A stretch of 64,000 nt of DNA from contig JAQWDY010000002.1 of the NCBI GenBank assembly GCA_028705215.1, positions 24,759-88,758 of the forward strand, read 5' to 3'. Below the pieces are notes generated by a model that was given only the letters and a program-made list of their open reading frames with translations, was not told where the DNA came from and ran no database searches. Below are positions 8,779-17,726 of this stretch, piece after piece. Made by a program: the position numbers and the translations under genes. Position 1 is the first letter of the stretch, and each line of letters starts with the position of its first letter. The DNA is from Patescibacteria group bacterium (GTDB lineage Bacteria; Patescibacteriota; Patescibacteriia; Patescibacteriales; UBA12465).

Positions 8779-9502
8779 TTTTACGCAATAAATAACGACT
8801 TCTTGTTTTTTTATCCAATCTTTCAATTGCGTACAAACGGGCTATAGCTGGCATTTTTAGAGCGTTTTTATCTAAATATAAGCATAATTTTTTCTCACTA
8901 ACACGTTTTCCTACTTCTCGTAGCATCCAACCACTTGCTTTAGCAAGTAAATCTTCTTTAATGTTAAGCAAAATATCTGCAATTTTAAAGGTTTCTTGAT
9001 AGCGTCCCTTTTTTATAAAATAGAAAGTTGAGACCATGGCCGCTCTTTGCCGCCACATATTATTAGACAAGGCTAAATCTTTTAATATAACAAGTCTTTC
9101 TTGATAGCTCTTATAATTGTACAAGTAATGCCCCAATATCTTATATGCGCTCAAATCGATTAAATCCCAATTGTTAAAACAGTCTAAATTCTTACAATAA
9201 AATTGATATATTTTTCTATGTAAGCCCTTATTTGTTGTTGCCTCGTATTGTCCAACTAATATTAGCGCGGCCGTAAAACGCACCTCATGAACAGGATCTT
9301 TTAAAAGATTGAAAACTTCATTTAAGTTTAAATCTTTATATTTTTTAGCAATAATCCTTAGTGCCGGCACTTTAATGCCCCAAAAAATATCGCCTGCACC
9401 ATACTGATTAGGAGCGGTTTTAAAGAAACGTTTTAATATTATTGCTTGGTTTTTATTTTTCTTTGCTTCTAATTCAAATTTTAAAGCTAAAATTTTTTCC
9501 AT
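8759..9502 (-). CDS. DNA alkylation repair protein (AlkD-like HEAT-repeat glycosylase family)
   Basis: ILKRFFKTAPNQYGAGDIFWGIKVPALRIIAKKY and WMLRE motifs. The longest ORF starts at a TTG (9559). ATG 9502 removes the overlap with rlmH. Confidence 0.8.
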   Translation of the reverse strand: MEKILALKFELEAKKNKNQAIILKRFFKTAPNQYGAGDIFWGIKVPALRIIAKKYKDLNLNEVFNLLKDPVHEVRFTAALILVGQYEATTNKGLHRKIYQFYCKNLDCFNNWDLIDLSAYKILGHYLYNYKSYQERLVILKDLALSNNMWRQRAAMVSTFYFIKKGRYQETFKIADILLNIKEDLLAKASGWMLREVGKRVSEKKLCLYLDKNALKMPAIARLYAIERLDKKTRSRYLLRKIDKKLQ

Positions 9503-9503
9503 T

Positions 9504-9965
9504 TTAATAATGATAGTTTTTATTATTAACAATGGTAACAGCTCGATATATTTGTTCAAGAATTATAACTCGTGCCATCTCGTGCGTGAATGTAAATTCT
9601 GATAATGAGAGTGACTTATATTTTTTCTTCATTGCTGAAGAAAATCCTAAAGAGCCAGCAATGACAAAAATAATTTTTTGACTATCTAGCTTATCTAAAA
9701 TTTGAGCAAAACCAAGAGAGTCTAACTTTTTTCCCTGCTCTGTTAAAAGAAATACCTGTCCCTGTGATCTAGCAATAGCCTCTGTAATACGCGCCTCCTC
9801 TTCCGCTATCACCCTTTTGGAATTATTTTGTGTAAAAGGAGTAAATTTTAACTCCTTTATTTTAATACTGGCAAATGGCTTTAATCTTTTTAAATATTCA
9901 CAAGCAGCCTCATTCCAATAAGAAGTTTTCATTTTGCCAATCGCTATTATCTCTATATCTAACAT
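9504..9965 (-). CDS. rlmH: 23S rRNA (pseudouridine1915-N3)-methyltransferase RlmH (SPOUT)
   Basis: 153 aa. It has the typical N-terminus (IEIIAIGKMK) and C-terminus (FTFTHEMARVIILEQIYRA). Confidence 0.9.
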   Translation of the reverse strand: MLDIEIIAIGKMKTSYWNEAACEYLKRLKPFASIKIKELKFTPFTQNNSKRVIAEEEARITEAIARSQGQVFLLTEQGKKLDSLGFAQILDKLDSQKIIFVIAGSLGFSSAMKKKYKSLSLSEFTFTHEMARVIILEQIYRAVTIVNNKNYHY

Positions 9966-9966
9966 A

Positions 9967-11298
9967 TCATTTTTGATAAAAATCTCTTAGAAGGCTATTG
10001 AATTCTTCTACCTTTTTATTATAATAAATGATTTCAAGATAAGAAGCTTGACTGGGGTCAGGCGGGCTTTCCAATTCTTGATATAGTAAATTAAGTAAGG
10101 CGACCTTATCTTTAACAGCCGGTATTCCTAAATATAATTTACCAACTGTTTTTTTCAATATCTTAATTTCTCCCAGACTTGCTGTTGAAAAAAAATTAGT
10201 AAAATCATAAGTTAATGTTAAAGCCTGACCCTGACTTATGTTTTGCGGAATAACCCCAGGAGGAAAATAATTTGTAGTTTCAACATAACAGTAGCCCGAA
10301 TTATTAATTGAATCCCTATTTTCGCAAGCTAAACCAAGCGCGCTGTGGTTAATATCAGGAAAGTTCATAATCGCTACACCAAAGCCTAACTTCTTTAAGA
10401 TCTGATAAGCGAGCAAGGTTTTATCTGAACAAACTCCCCGATTTAAATAAAGTGTTTCATAAGGATAATATAAAGAAAGCTCGCTTTCTTTTGCCTTATT
10501 ATAATCATAAGGAATATACTGAACAAAGGCGAGAGCTAATTCTGCTAAAGAGTCAGAACTATAATTATTTTTATAGGCGATATTTTGTAAAGCCTTTACT
10601 ATCTTATCCAGGCTATCATCCCCCTCTTTAACACTTAAAAAAATATCATAGAATGCCTCATCTAAGTTAACGGGTGGATTATTGACTGCGTAGGTTAATA
10701 CTTTAGGCGCATTTTTATAGTCTTGATATAAATCATCTTCTAAAATAATACTAAAATTTTTGGTCTCATTTTGATACTTGAAAGAAAAAACTTTTTCACT
10801 TAAATTCTCATTTAATTTTTGCTCATCAATGTTGGTATAGGAAATAACGGGCAAAGCAGAATAAGGAGCAAGTGGAATATTTTCCAGATCAACATTACTA
10901 ATGCCTAACCCTAAAGTGCGCATCAGAGCAAAGGCATCGGCAGGACGCCCAAGATAATACAATTTTAAATTAAGTGGGTTAACATAATAAGCCTGCCCCT
11001 TGTCTTCCACCTGCAAAAGAATTCTGCCACTTAATCTTCCTGGCGCCTGTTTCGCTAGAAATCCTTGAAGCTCGCTAGTTTTTACACCTAATCCCAAATT
11101 CTGCATTAAAGAAAAAGCGTCATTTGGACGACCTAAATAATAACGCTTTATCGATACAGGCTCAACATACCACGCCTCCCCATGAGATTCAACTTGTAAT
11201 AAAATCCGACCCGACAAATCAGCTGCATAAATAGCATCTCCTACGAAAAAAGTGAAGAGTGTAAAAAGTCCTATTAATATTTTTCTATTTATTTTCAT
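9967..11298 (-). CDS. secreted protein: two tandem ~55-60-aa modules plus a C-terminal Cys/His (transglutaminase-like?) domain
   Basis: ATG 11298 gives the signal peptide MKINRKILIGLFTLFTFFVGDAIYA (the longest ORF starts at GTG 11355). SGRILLQVE..G.A.YV.P......YYLGRP.DAF.LM..LGLG occurs twice. The C-terminal part contains NRGVCSDKTLLAYQILKKLGFGVAIMNFPDINHSALG. Confidence 0.55.
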   Translation of the reverse strand: MKINRKILIGLFTLFTFFVGDAIYAADLSGRILLQVESHGEAWYVEPVSIKRYYLGRPNDAFSLMQNLGLGVKTSELQGFLAKQAPGRLSGRILLQVEDKGQAYYVNPLNLKLYYLGRPADAFALMRTLGLGISNVDLENIPLAPYSALPVISYTNIDEQKLNENLSEKVFSFKYQNETKNFSIILEDDLYQDYKNAPKVLTYAVNNPPVNLDEAFYDIFLSVKEGDDSLDKIVKALQNIAYKNNYSSDSLAELALAFVQYIPYDYNKAKESELSLYYPYETLYLNRGVCSDKTLLAYQILKKLGFGVAIMNFPDINHSALGLACENRDSINNSGYCYVETTNYFPPGVIPQNISQGQALTLTYDFTNFFSTASLGEIKILKKTVGKLYLGIPAVKDKVALLNLLYQELESPPDPSQASYLEIIYYNKKVEEFNSLLRDFYQK

Positions 11299-11980
11299 AG
11301 CCGGAAAGAGTGATAAACATATCCTTCTGGGGCGGATGCGGTAAATGGCTAACACTATTTATATACACTATCTTAATAAAGCCCTCCTTATCAACTATAA
11401 TTTTTGTAATTGATGACTGGAATATTTCCAGTGACAAAAAACCAATAATATCAGCATTTAAAATACCGGTAATTAAAGACTTAATAAAATTACCATGGCT
11501 AAAAACAGCTATCTTTTTTCCCTTATTTTCCTTGTAAATTACTGCCAAGCTACGCCTTGCCTCTGTTTGCATTTTATCAAGCTCCTTGTCTAAATCTTTA
11601 TGTTTCTTCAGCCGTTTTTCCCTTTCTGTTTCTGTCATATTAAAATATTTCATCTTATGCCAGTGCACCCAATGAAATTCATTTACTCGAGGATTAATAA
11701 CTAATTGTTTCTTTGCTTGTTTTGCAAAAGCATGAGCAGTTTGCTGCGCTCTTTTTAATTCACTGGCATATACTACATCGATCTTAGCGCCTAAAAGACG
11801 CTTCGTTAAATAACGTCTTTGTCTTAAACCCTCCTTAGAAAGAGGCATGTCATAATCACCTAATTTATTTTGCAGACTATAATCGGGATGACAATGACGA
11901 ATTAGTAAAATTTCCGTATAGGGTTTTTTTGTTTTTGGTTGTATTTCTGAATAAGGATTATTATATTTTTTTCTTACCAT
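11285..11980 (-). CDS. histidine phosphatase family protein (phosphoglycerate-mutase-like)
   Basis: ILLIRHCHPD (RHG-type motif), ASELKRAQQTA and VFSHGNFI. Confidence 0.8.
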   Translation of the reverse strand: MVRKKYNNPYSEIQPKTKKPYTEILLIRHCHPDYSLQNKLGDYDMPLSKEGLRQRRYLTKRLLGAKIDVVYASELKRAQQTAHAFAKQAKKQLVINPRVNEFHWVHWHKMKYFNMTETEREKRLKKHKDLDKELDKMQTEARRSLAVIYKENKGKKIAVFSHGNFIKSLITGILNADIIGFLSLEIFQSSITKIIVDKEGFIKIVYINSVSHLPHPPQKDMFITLSGYENK

Positions 11981-12008
11981 AAATAATTAATTAAAGTATT
12001 GTGCTTTT

Positions 12009-12599
12009 TTATAAATTAGAAGCAACGAAGTGCCAGTTAACTAAATTTTGAAGCACAACTTCTATAAAATCAGCTCGTCTATTTTGATAATCGAGATAAT
12101 AAGAATGTTCCCAAACATCAAGTGCGAGTAAAGGTTTTAACTGTAGAGGAAGTGGATTTTCAGCATTAGCAGTTTTGATTATTTTTAAACCATCCTCTCC
12201 TTTTACCAACCACGCCCAACCACTACCAAATTGAGTTAAGGCAACTTCCTTAAATTGAGAATAAAATTCTTCCACTGAACCAAATGAAGCAACTAAAGCT
12301 TCACTTAAATTTTCTGGCATCTGTCTTTTTTCTTCATCTGGACTTAAACATTGCCAAAACATATTATGATTATAAACTTGCGCTGCATTATTAAAAATTG
12401 CCGCTTTCTCTGTCTGTTTATAAGAATTAATTACAATTTCCTCCAGGCTCATGTCTTCTAATTCTGTGCCACTTATCAATTTATTTAGATTATCAAGATA
12501 GGCTTGGTGATGTTTTCCATAATGGAAATTTAATGTGTCCTCAGACATATAAGGACTAAGCGCATTTTTTTCATAAGGAAGATTCATTAATGTAAACAT
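12009..12599 (-). CDS. Fe/Mn superoxide dismutase
   Basis: LPYEKNALSPYMS, FHYGKHHQAYLDNLN and DVWEHSYYLDYQNRR. Confidence 0.93.
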   Translation of the reverse strand: MFTLMNLPYEKNALSPYMSEDTLNFHYGKHHQAYLDNLNKLISGTELEDMSLEEIVINSYKQTEKAAIFNNAAQVYNHNMFWQCLSPDEEKRQMPENLSEALVASFGSVEEFYSQFKEVALTQFGSGWAWLVKGEDGLKIIKTANAENPLPLQLKPLLALDVWEHSYYLDYQNRRADFIEVVLQNLVNWHFVASNL

Positions 12600-12662
12600 A
12601 TATTTTAAAATTAATTTATTAATATTTTCCGTAATTATTATAACAAAATCAAACGACTTAGT

Positions 12663-13250
12663 CTAAAATACCTCGAGATTATCCACCTTGCTATTTTTTA
12701 AATATAATCGCCACTTCTGATAATCAGGCACAACTTGGCTCACTAGCGTCCAGAAATTTGCAGAATGGTTAAACTCCTTAAGATGGCAAAGCTCGTGCGC
12801 TATTACATACTCTAGCGCCCTCTCATCTAAAAAAGCTAAACGATAATTAAAATTTAAATTACCAGAACGCGAACAACTTCCCCAACGTGTTTTTTGATTA
12901 CGAATACTTATGTTTTTATATTTAAATCCATAGTATTGATTAATTTTCTCAACCTTATTTTTTATAATAAAACCTGCTTGTTTTTTGTAAAGTCTATAAT
13001 GTTTTTCTAACGCTTGTTTTTTTTCACCTTGATTTAAAGAATTTGTAATTTCTAGGTTTTCAATTTGTCTTTTTAACCAATCTTCTCTTAGCTTAATAAA
13101 TTCTTCAGCTTTTTTTAAAGACACAAAATAAGGCTTAGTTACAACAATGCGCCCGTCTTTATAAACTAATAAACTTAGTTTTAGCGAGCGCTTGATGTTT
13201 TTAAACTCTACCCTCCAAAAATTATTAGCAATAAAAAGATTTTTTATCAT
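12663..13250 (-). CDS. YgjP-like (DUF45/SprT-like) zinc metallohydrolase
   Basis: RWGSCSRSGNLNFNYRL and the HExxH motif HELCHLKEFNHSANFW. Confidence 0.8.
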   Translation of the reverse strand: MIKNLFIANNFWRVEFKNIKRSLKLSLLVYKDGRIVVTKPYFVSLKKAEEFIKLREDWLKRQIENLEITNSLNQGEKKQALEKHYRLYKKQAGFIIKNKVEKINQYYGFKYKNISIRNQKTRWGSCSRSGNLNFNYRLAFLDERALEYVIAHELCHLKEFNHSANFWTLVSQVVPDYQKWRLYLKNSKVDNLEVF

Positions 13251-14272
13251 TTACGTTTTCTTCTGTTTTTTAATTGCCCACAGGCCGCCTCAATTTCACC
13301 GCCAAAACTAAGACGAACGGTTGTTGCCACTCCTTTAGATTCTAAAATTTCTTTGAATTTTTTTATTGTTTCTGGTCGCGAAGCATGATAACGACCAGTG
13401 TCATTATAGGGGATTAGGTTCACCAGATATAATGGCCGCGCCATTAATTTAGCTAAAGTAAAAGCATTTTGTTCGCTATCATTTTCATCTTTTATCATCA
13501 CATATTCAAACATAACACGACGTCCAGTTTTTGTTATATAATTATCAACAGCATGCAAAATATCACTAATTTTATTTTTTCCAGCAACTGGCATTAATTT
13601 TTGACGTAAGATATCGTTAGGCGCATGTAGAGAAATAGCTAAATTCATCTGTATTTTTTCCCCAGAAAGACGTTTAATCCCAGCAATAATCCCAGCTGTT
13701 GAAACTGATAAACGACGTGCGCCAATATTCATTGTTTCCGGATTGTTCATGAACTTCGCCGCCTTAATAAACTCATTATAATTTAAAAAGGGCTCACCCA
13801 TGCCCATAAATACAACATTATCAACCTTGCCTATAGATTTTAACGCTCTACTCCAAAACACAACCTGTTCTACTATTTCCCAAGAGCTTAAATTCCTAGT
13901 AAAACCATCTTGACCACTTGAACAAAAACTGCAAGCTAAAGGACAGCCAACTTGAGTAGAGACACACACCGTGTATCTTGCTTCTTTGTCTTCTTTTTTT
14001 CCTGATTTTTGACTTATTAAAACTGTCTCAATTAAAACACCATCCTCTAAACAAATTAAAGCCTTCTGACTTCCCTTTTGCCTTAAATTAATTTTTAATT
14101 CTGATTTAATATCTAAGGGACATTCTTTTGCCAATTTTTCTCTTAGAGCTTGAGGCAAACTTGAGGCCTCTTGCCAAGAAGAAATATAGTCTTGAAATAA
14201 AAATTTATTTATTTGCTGATAACGATATTTCGGCTCCTTCTCCAAGACAACTGATAATTTCTCTAAATTCAT
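13247..14272 (-). CDS. rlmN: 23S rRNA/tRNA (adenine-C2)-methyltransferase RlmN (radical SAM)
   Basis: Radical-SAM cluster VGCPLACSFCSSG, FMGMGEPFLNY and a C-terminal ACGQL. Confidence 0.92.
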   Translation of the reverse strand: MNLEKLSVVLEKEPKYRYQQINKFLFQDYISSWQEASSLPQALREKLAKECPLDIKSELKINLRQKGSQKALICLEDGVLIETVLISQKSGKKEDKEARYTVCVSTQVGCPLACSFCSSGQDGFTRNLSSWEIVEQVVFWSRALKSIGKVDNVVFMGMGEPFLNYNEFIKAAKFMNNPETMNIGARRLSVSTAGIIAGIKRLSGEKIQMNLAISLHAPNDILRQKLMPVAGKNKISDILHAVDNYITKTGRRVMFEYVMIKDENDSEQNAFTLAKLMARPLYLVNLIPYNDTGRYHASRPETIKKFKEILESKGVATTVRLSFGGEIEAACGQLKNRRKRK

Positions 14273-14279
14273 ATATTTA

Positions 14280-15383
14280 TTATTTAAGAGGCATTAATTT
14301 TATTAACGAAATTTCACCTCGACCACTTGTGCGCATTGGTGGGCCCCATGTACCCAAACCACTATTTATTATTAAATTAAAATTTCCTTTATTAAAAAAT
14401 CCTGCATCATAGCCTTTATAAGCAATCTTGGCTAAATAATTGAAAGGAAATAATTGGCCACGATGAGTATGACCTGATAATTGCAAATCGATTCCGGCTT
14501 TAATTGCTAAATCTATATTTCGCGGCTCGTGATATAAAAGAAGACTAGCTTTTTTCGGATCATATCCCACTTGTTCTAAAATTGCTCGATTAAGATCAAA
14601 ATCTTTATTAAAAGAGTAATTAATACCAATTATTTGTAATCCCAAAACTTCTTTCATCTTGTTATCTAAAATAGTAAGCGGAGTTTTGCTTAACAGCTTC
14701 TTTACTCGATTAAAGCCTAGATAAAAATCGTGGTTTCCAAACGAGTAATATATTCCTTGCTTAGTTTTAAGTTGTGAAAAAGGATTATTAAGCCAAGAAA
14801 AACCACTTTCCATGCCATCAAACAAGTCGCCAGTAATACAGACCAATTCTGGCTCAAGCTTATTTATTTTTTTTATTGTTTTTTGCAAAAAATTTTTACG
14901 ATAAACTGGTCCTAAGTGAATATCAGATATTTGCACAATTTCTTTATTCCACCAGTACTCCGGCAAATCCTTTATCTTTACCTTATAATATTTAACCTTA
15001 GCAAAAAAAGCTTTAAAGACACCAAGAACGCTAAGGATTAAACTAGTAAATAAAACTATGCCTGGTAGCAATAACTTATTTATAAATATGGCAGGAAATA
15101 AAAAGTTAAATAAATATGCAGCAAGCGAAATTAATATAAAATTAACTAAAATTCCCGTCCATACTCCTGCTAAGATGTAATAAGATCGCACTATAACATT
15201 ATCTTTCTTGTGGATTAAATACGATGAAATTACTATAGATAAAAACAAAAACAAAAAAATTAACCCACTAATTATAGAGGCTTTGTAGTTTAAGGCAAAA
15301 AGATCTCGACAAACAAACCACCCTAAAATATGCCCACAAAAAAGAAAAATAGCAGAAACCGCAAAAATTATTAATTGCATCAT
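14280..15383 (-). CDS. membrane-anchored metallophosphoesterase (YkuE-like)
   Basis: Four to five N-terminal TM helices, then ISDIHLG, GDLFDG, GNHDF and GHTHRGQ. Confidence 0.85.
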   Translation of the reverse strand: MMQLIIFAVSAIFLFCGHILGWFVCRDLFALNYKASIISGLIFLFLFLSIVISSYLIHKKDNVIVRSYYILAGVWTGILVNFILISLAAYLFNFLFPAIFINKLLLPGIVLFTSLILSVLGVFKAFFAKVKYYKVKIKDLPEYWWNKEIVQISDIHLGPVYRKNFLQKTIKKINKLEPELVCITGDLFDGMESGFSWLNNPFSQLKTKQGIYYSFGNHDFYLGFNRVKKLLSKTPLTILDNKMKEVLGLQIIGINYSFNKDFDLNRAILEQVGYDPKKASLLLYHEPRNIDLAIKAGIDLQLSGHTHRGQLFPFNYLAKIAYKGYDAGFFNKGNFNLIINSGLGTWGPPMRTSGRGEISLIKLMPLK

Positions 15384-15392
15384 AATATTAAT

Positions 15393-16676
15393 TTACAATT
15401 TAAAAGGCCAATCAGCTATTTTTGCCTGAGAGCCTAATTCTTGCTCTATTATTAATAAACGATTATATTTACATGTTCTTTCTGTACGCGCCAGTGACCC
15501 AGTTTTAATCTGTCCACAGCCCATTGCTACCGCTAAATCAGCAATAAAGGTATCTTCGGTTTCACCACTACGATGAGAGATAATAGTTGTAAAGCCACTG
15601 CGCTTAGCTTGATTTATTGTAGCAATTGTTTCGCTTAAGGTTCCAATTTGATTTAATTTAATTAAAATTGAATTACCTGCTTTCTCCTTGATGCCACGTT
15701 CTAAGCGATCACTATTGGTAACATATAGATCATCGCCTACCAGTTGCAAATTAGGATGATTTTTTAAAAATTTACTAAAAGAAATAAAATCATCTTCATA
15801 AAAAGCGTCTTCCAGTGAAACTAAGGGGTAATTTTCAATAATTTGTTCATAGTATTTAACTAATTCATCACTAGTTAATTTTTTTTCCTCTTTTTGTAAA
15901 AAATAAACTCCCGAACTATAGAATTCACTAGCCGCTACATCTAGAGCAATCACAATATCACTACCAAAATTATATCCCGCTCTTTCAGTTGCTTCTTTAA
16001 GTAGGGCAAAAGGCTCGCGATTATCATTTACTTCAGGAGCAAAGCCACCCTCATCACCAATTAAAGTGCTGTATTTTTTCTCCTTTAAAACTTCTTTTAG
16101 AAAAGAATAGACCTCAGATCCCATTCTAATACTATCAGCCATGGTTGTCGCGCTTTTTGGGATTATCATGTATTCTTGAATGTCGCTTGCCCAAGCGGCA
16201 TGCCTTCCACCATTTAATACATTCATCATCGGCCAAGGCAATAAATAAGTGCCTGAAAAATCTGGATTAAACTTACTCAAATACTGATATAGCGCAAGCC
16301 CCTTAGCTTTAGCGGCTGTCTTAGCTACCGCTAAAGAAACGGCTAAAATTGAATTAGCTCCTAATTTTGATTTGTTAGAAGTACCATCTAATTCAATCAT
16401 AACCCTGTCAATCTTTTCTTGATCCTCTATTATAAGGCCACGTAAAGCAGGCGCGATAATATCAGTAATATTTTTAATTGCCCGCAGTACTCCTTTTCCC
16501 TGATAACGATTAACATCTCCGTCTCTTAATTCCTTAGCTTCATAAGTTCCAGTTGAGGCGCCACTGGGAACCATGGCTTGTTCACTGATTCCGTTATTTA
16601 AGTAAACTTGAGCGGCCACTGTCGGATTTCCGCGTGAATCTAAAACTTCAAAGGCTTTTATATTCTCTATTTTCAT
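15393..16676 (-). CDS. eno: enolase
   Basis: Full-length match, including SRGNPTV, IKLNQIGT and SHRSGETEDTFIADLAV. Confidence 0.97.
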   Translation of the reverse strand: MKIENIKAFEVLDSRGNPTVAAQVYLNNGISEQAMVPSGASTGTYEAKELRDGDVNRYQGKGVLRAIKNITDIIAPALRGLIIEDQEKIDRVMIELDGTSNKSKLGANSILAVSLAVAKTAAKAKGLALYQYLSKFNPDFSGTYLLPWPMMNVLNGGRHAAWASDIQEYMIIPKSATTMADSIRMGSEVYSFLKEVLKEKKYSTLIGDEGGFAPEVNDNREPFALLKEATERAGYNFGSDIVIALDVAASEFYSSGVYFLQKEEKKLTSDELVKYYEQIIENYPLVSLEDAFYEDDFISFSKFLKNHPNLQLVGDDLYVTNSDRLERGIKEKAGNSILIKLNQIGTLSETIATINQAKRSGFTTIISHRSGETEDTFIADLAVAMGCGQIKTGSLARTERTCKYNRLLIIEQELGSQAKIADWPFKL

Positions 16677-16684
16677 AACAATTA

Positions 16685-17713
16685 TTAAAAATTAATATAT
16701 GCTTTCTGAACATAGCTTTCAGTTTTATAAATTACCTTCCTGAGAATCTTAATCGCCTCTAAAGGATGATCACCAACTGAGGTTTCATCTGATAACATAA
16801 TCGCATCAGCTCCATCTAAAACCGCATTAGCAATATCACTAACCTCAGCCCGTGTCGGTACTGGATTTAAAATCATTGAAGTCATTACTTGTGTTGCAAT
16901 AATTGCTGGCCGAGAATGCCAATGAGAATGACGAATTAAATTTTTCTGGACTAATGGCAAATCTTCAATCGGAGTCTCAATGCCAAGGTCGCCACGCGCT
17001 ATCATAATAAAGTCTGAAGCTGTAATAATACGATCTATATTTTTTAGAGCAATGCCACGTTCAATTTTTGCAACTATTTTTACGTTTGAATTTTTACCCA
17101 ACTCCTTCTTTAATTTCAAAACATCTGCAGCAGTTTGCACAAAAGACAAACCCACATATTCCATACCCGCTTTTAAGCCAAAGCGTAAATCGTGAATATC
17201 CTTAGTTGTTAGTCCGCCTTTTCGCATGTTAGTATTGGGAACATTAATCGCTTTATTAGATGTTAAAACACCACCATGCATAACTTTGCCGGTTATAATT
17301 CTTCCCTTAACCTTAGTCACAATTAGTTCAATCTCACCATTACATAAAAACAAAGGGTCATTCTTTTTAATATCTAAAGATAAATCTTTATTATCAATTG
17401 GAATAATATCTCCAACTTGATAAGGTTTTTTTGAATAAACAAAATCATACTCTTCGCCGTCCTCTAAAATTATCCCCCCCTCAGGCATTTTTCCTACCCT
17501 AATTCTTGGTCCCTGCAAGTCAAGAAGCATACCTACCTTATTTTCAGTTTTTTTATTATAATCACTTATAATTCTTCTAACTTTTTTATATTGTGCCTGT
17601 GTGGCATGAGAGAAATTAAGTCGAACAATATCAACTCCCGCTTCAAGTAGGGGTAGCAACTTGTCCTTATCTTCACTTTTAGGTCCAATCGTAATGATAA
17701 TTTTCGTACGCAT
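16685..17713 (-). CDS. pyk: pyruvate kinase, short form lacking the C-terminal regulatory domain
   Basis: MRTKIIITIGPKS, RLNFSH, ARGDLGIE and MLSDETSVG. The ORF ends after the A domain at 342 aa, whereas typical bacterial enzymes are much longer. Confidence 0.88.
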   Translation of the reverse strand: MRTKIIITIGPKSEDKDKLLPLLEAGVDIVRLNFSHATQAQYKKVRRIISDYNKKTENKVGMLLDLQGPRIRVGKMPEGGIILEDGEEYDFVYSKKPYQVGDIIPIDNKDLSLDIKKNDPLFLCNGEIELIVTKVKGRIITGKVMHGGVLTSNKAINVPNTNMRKGGLTTKDIHDLRFGLKAGMEYVGLSFVQTAADVLKLKKELGKNSNVKIVAKIERGIALKNIDRIITASDFIMIARGDLGIETPIEDLPLVQKNLIRHSHWHSRPAIIATQVMTSMILNPVPTRAEVSDIANAVLDGADAIMLSDETSVGDHPLEAIKILRKVIYKTESYVQKAYINF

Positions 17714-17726
17714 AAATTTTAATACA

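Noticed and set aside
12009-12599. Superoxide dismutase as a possible oddity in a presumably fermentative, reduced genome.
   Set aside because: Fe/Mn SODs are widespread in aerotolerant anaerobes. Nothing in the sequence or its context is unusual.
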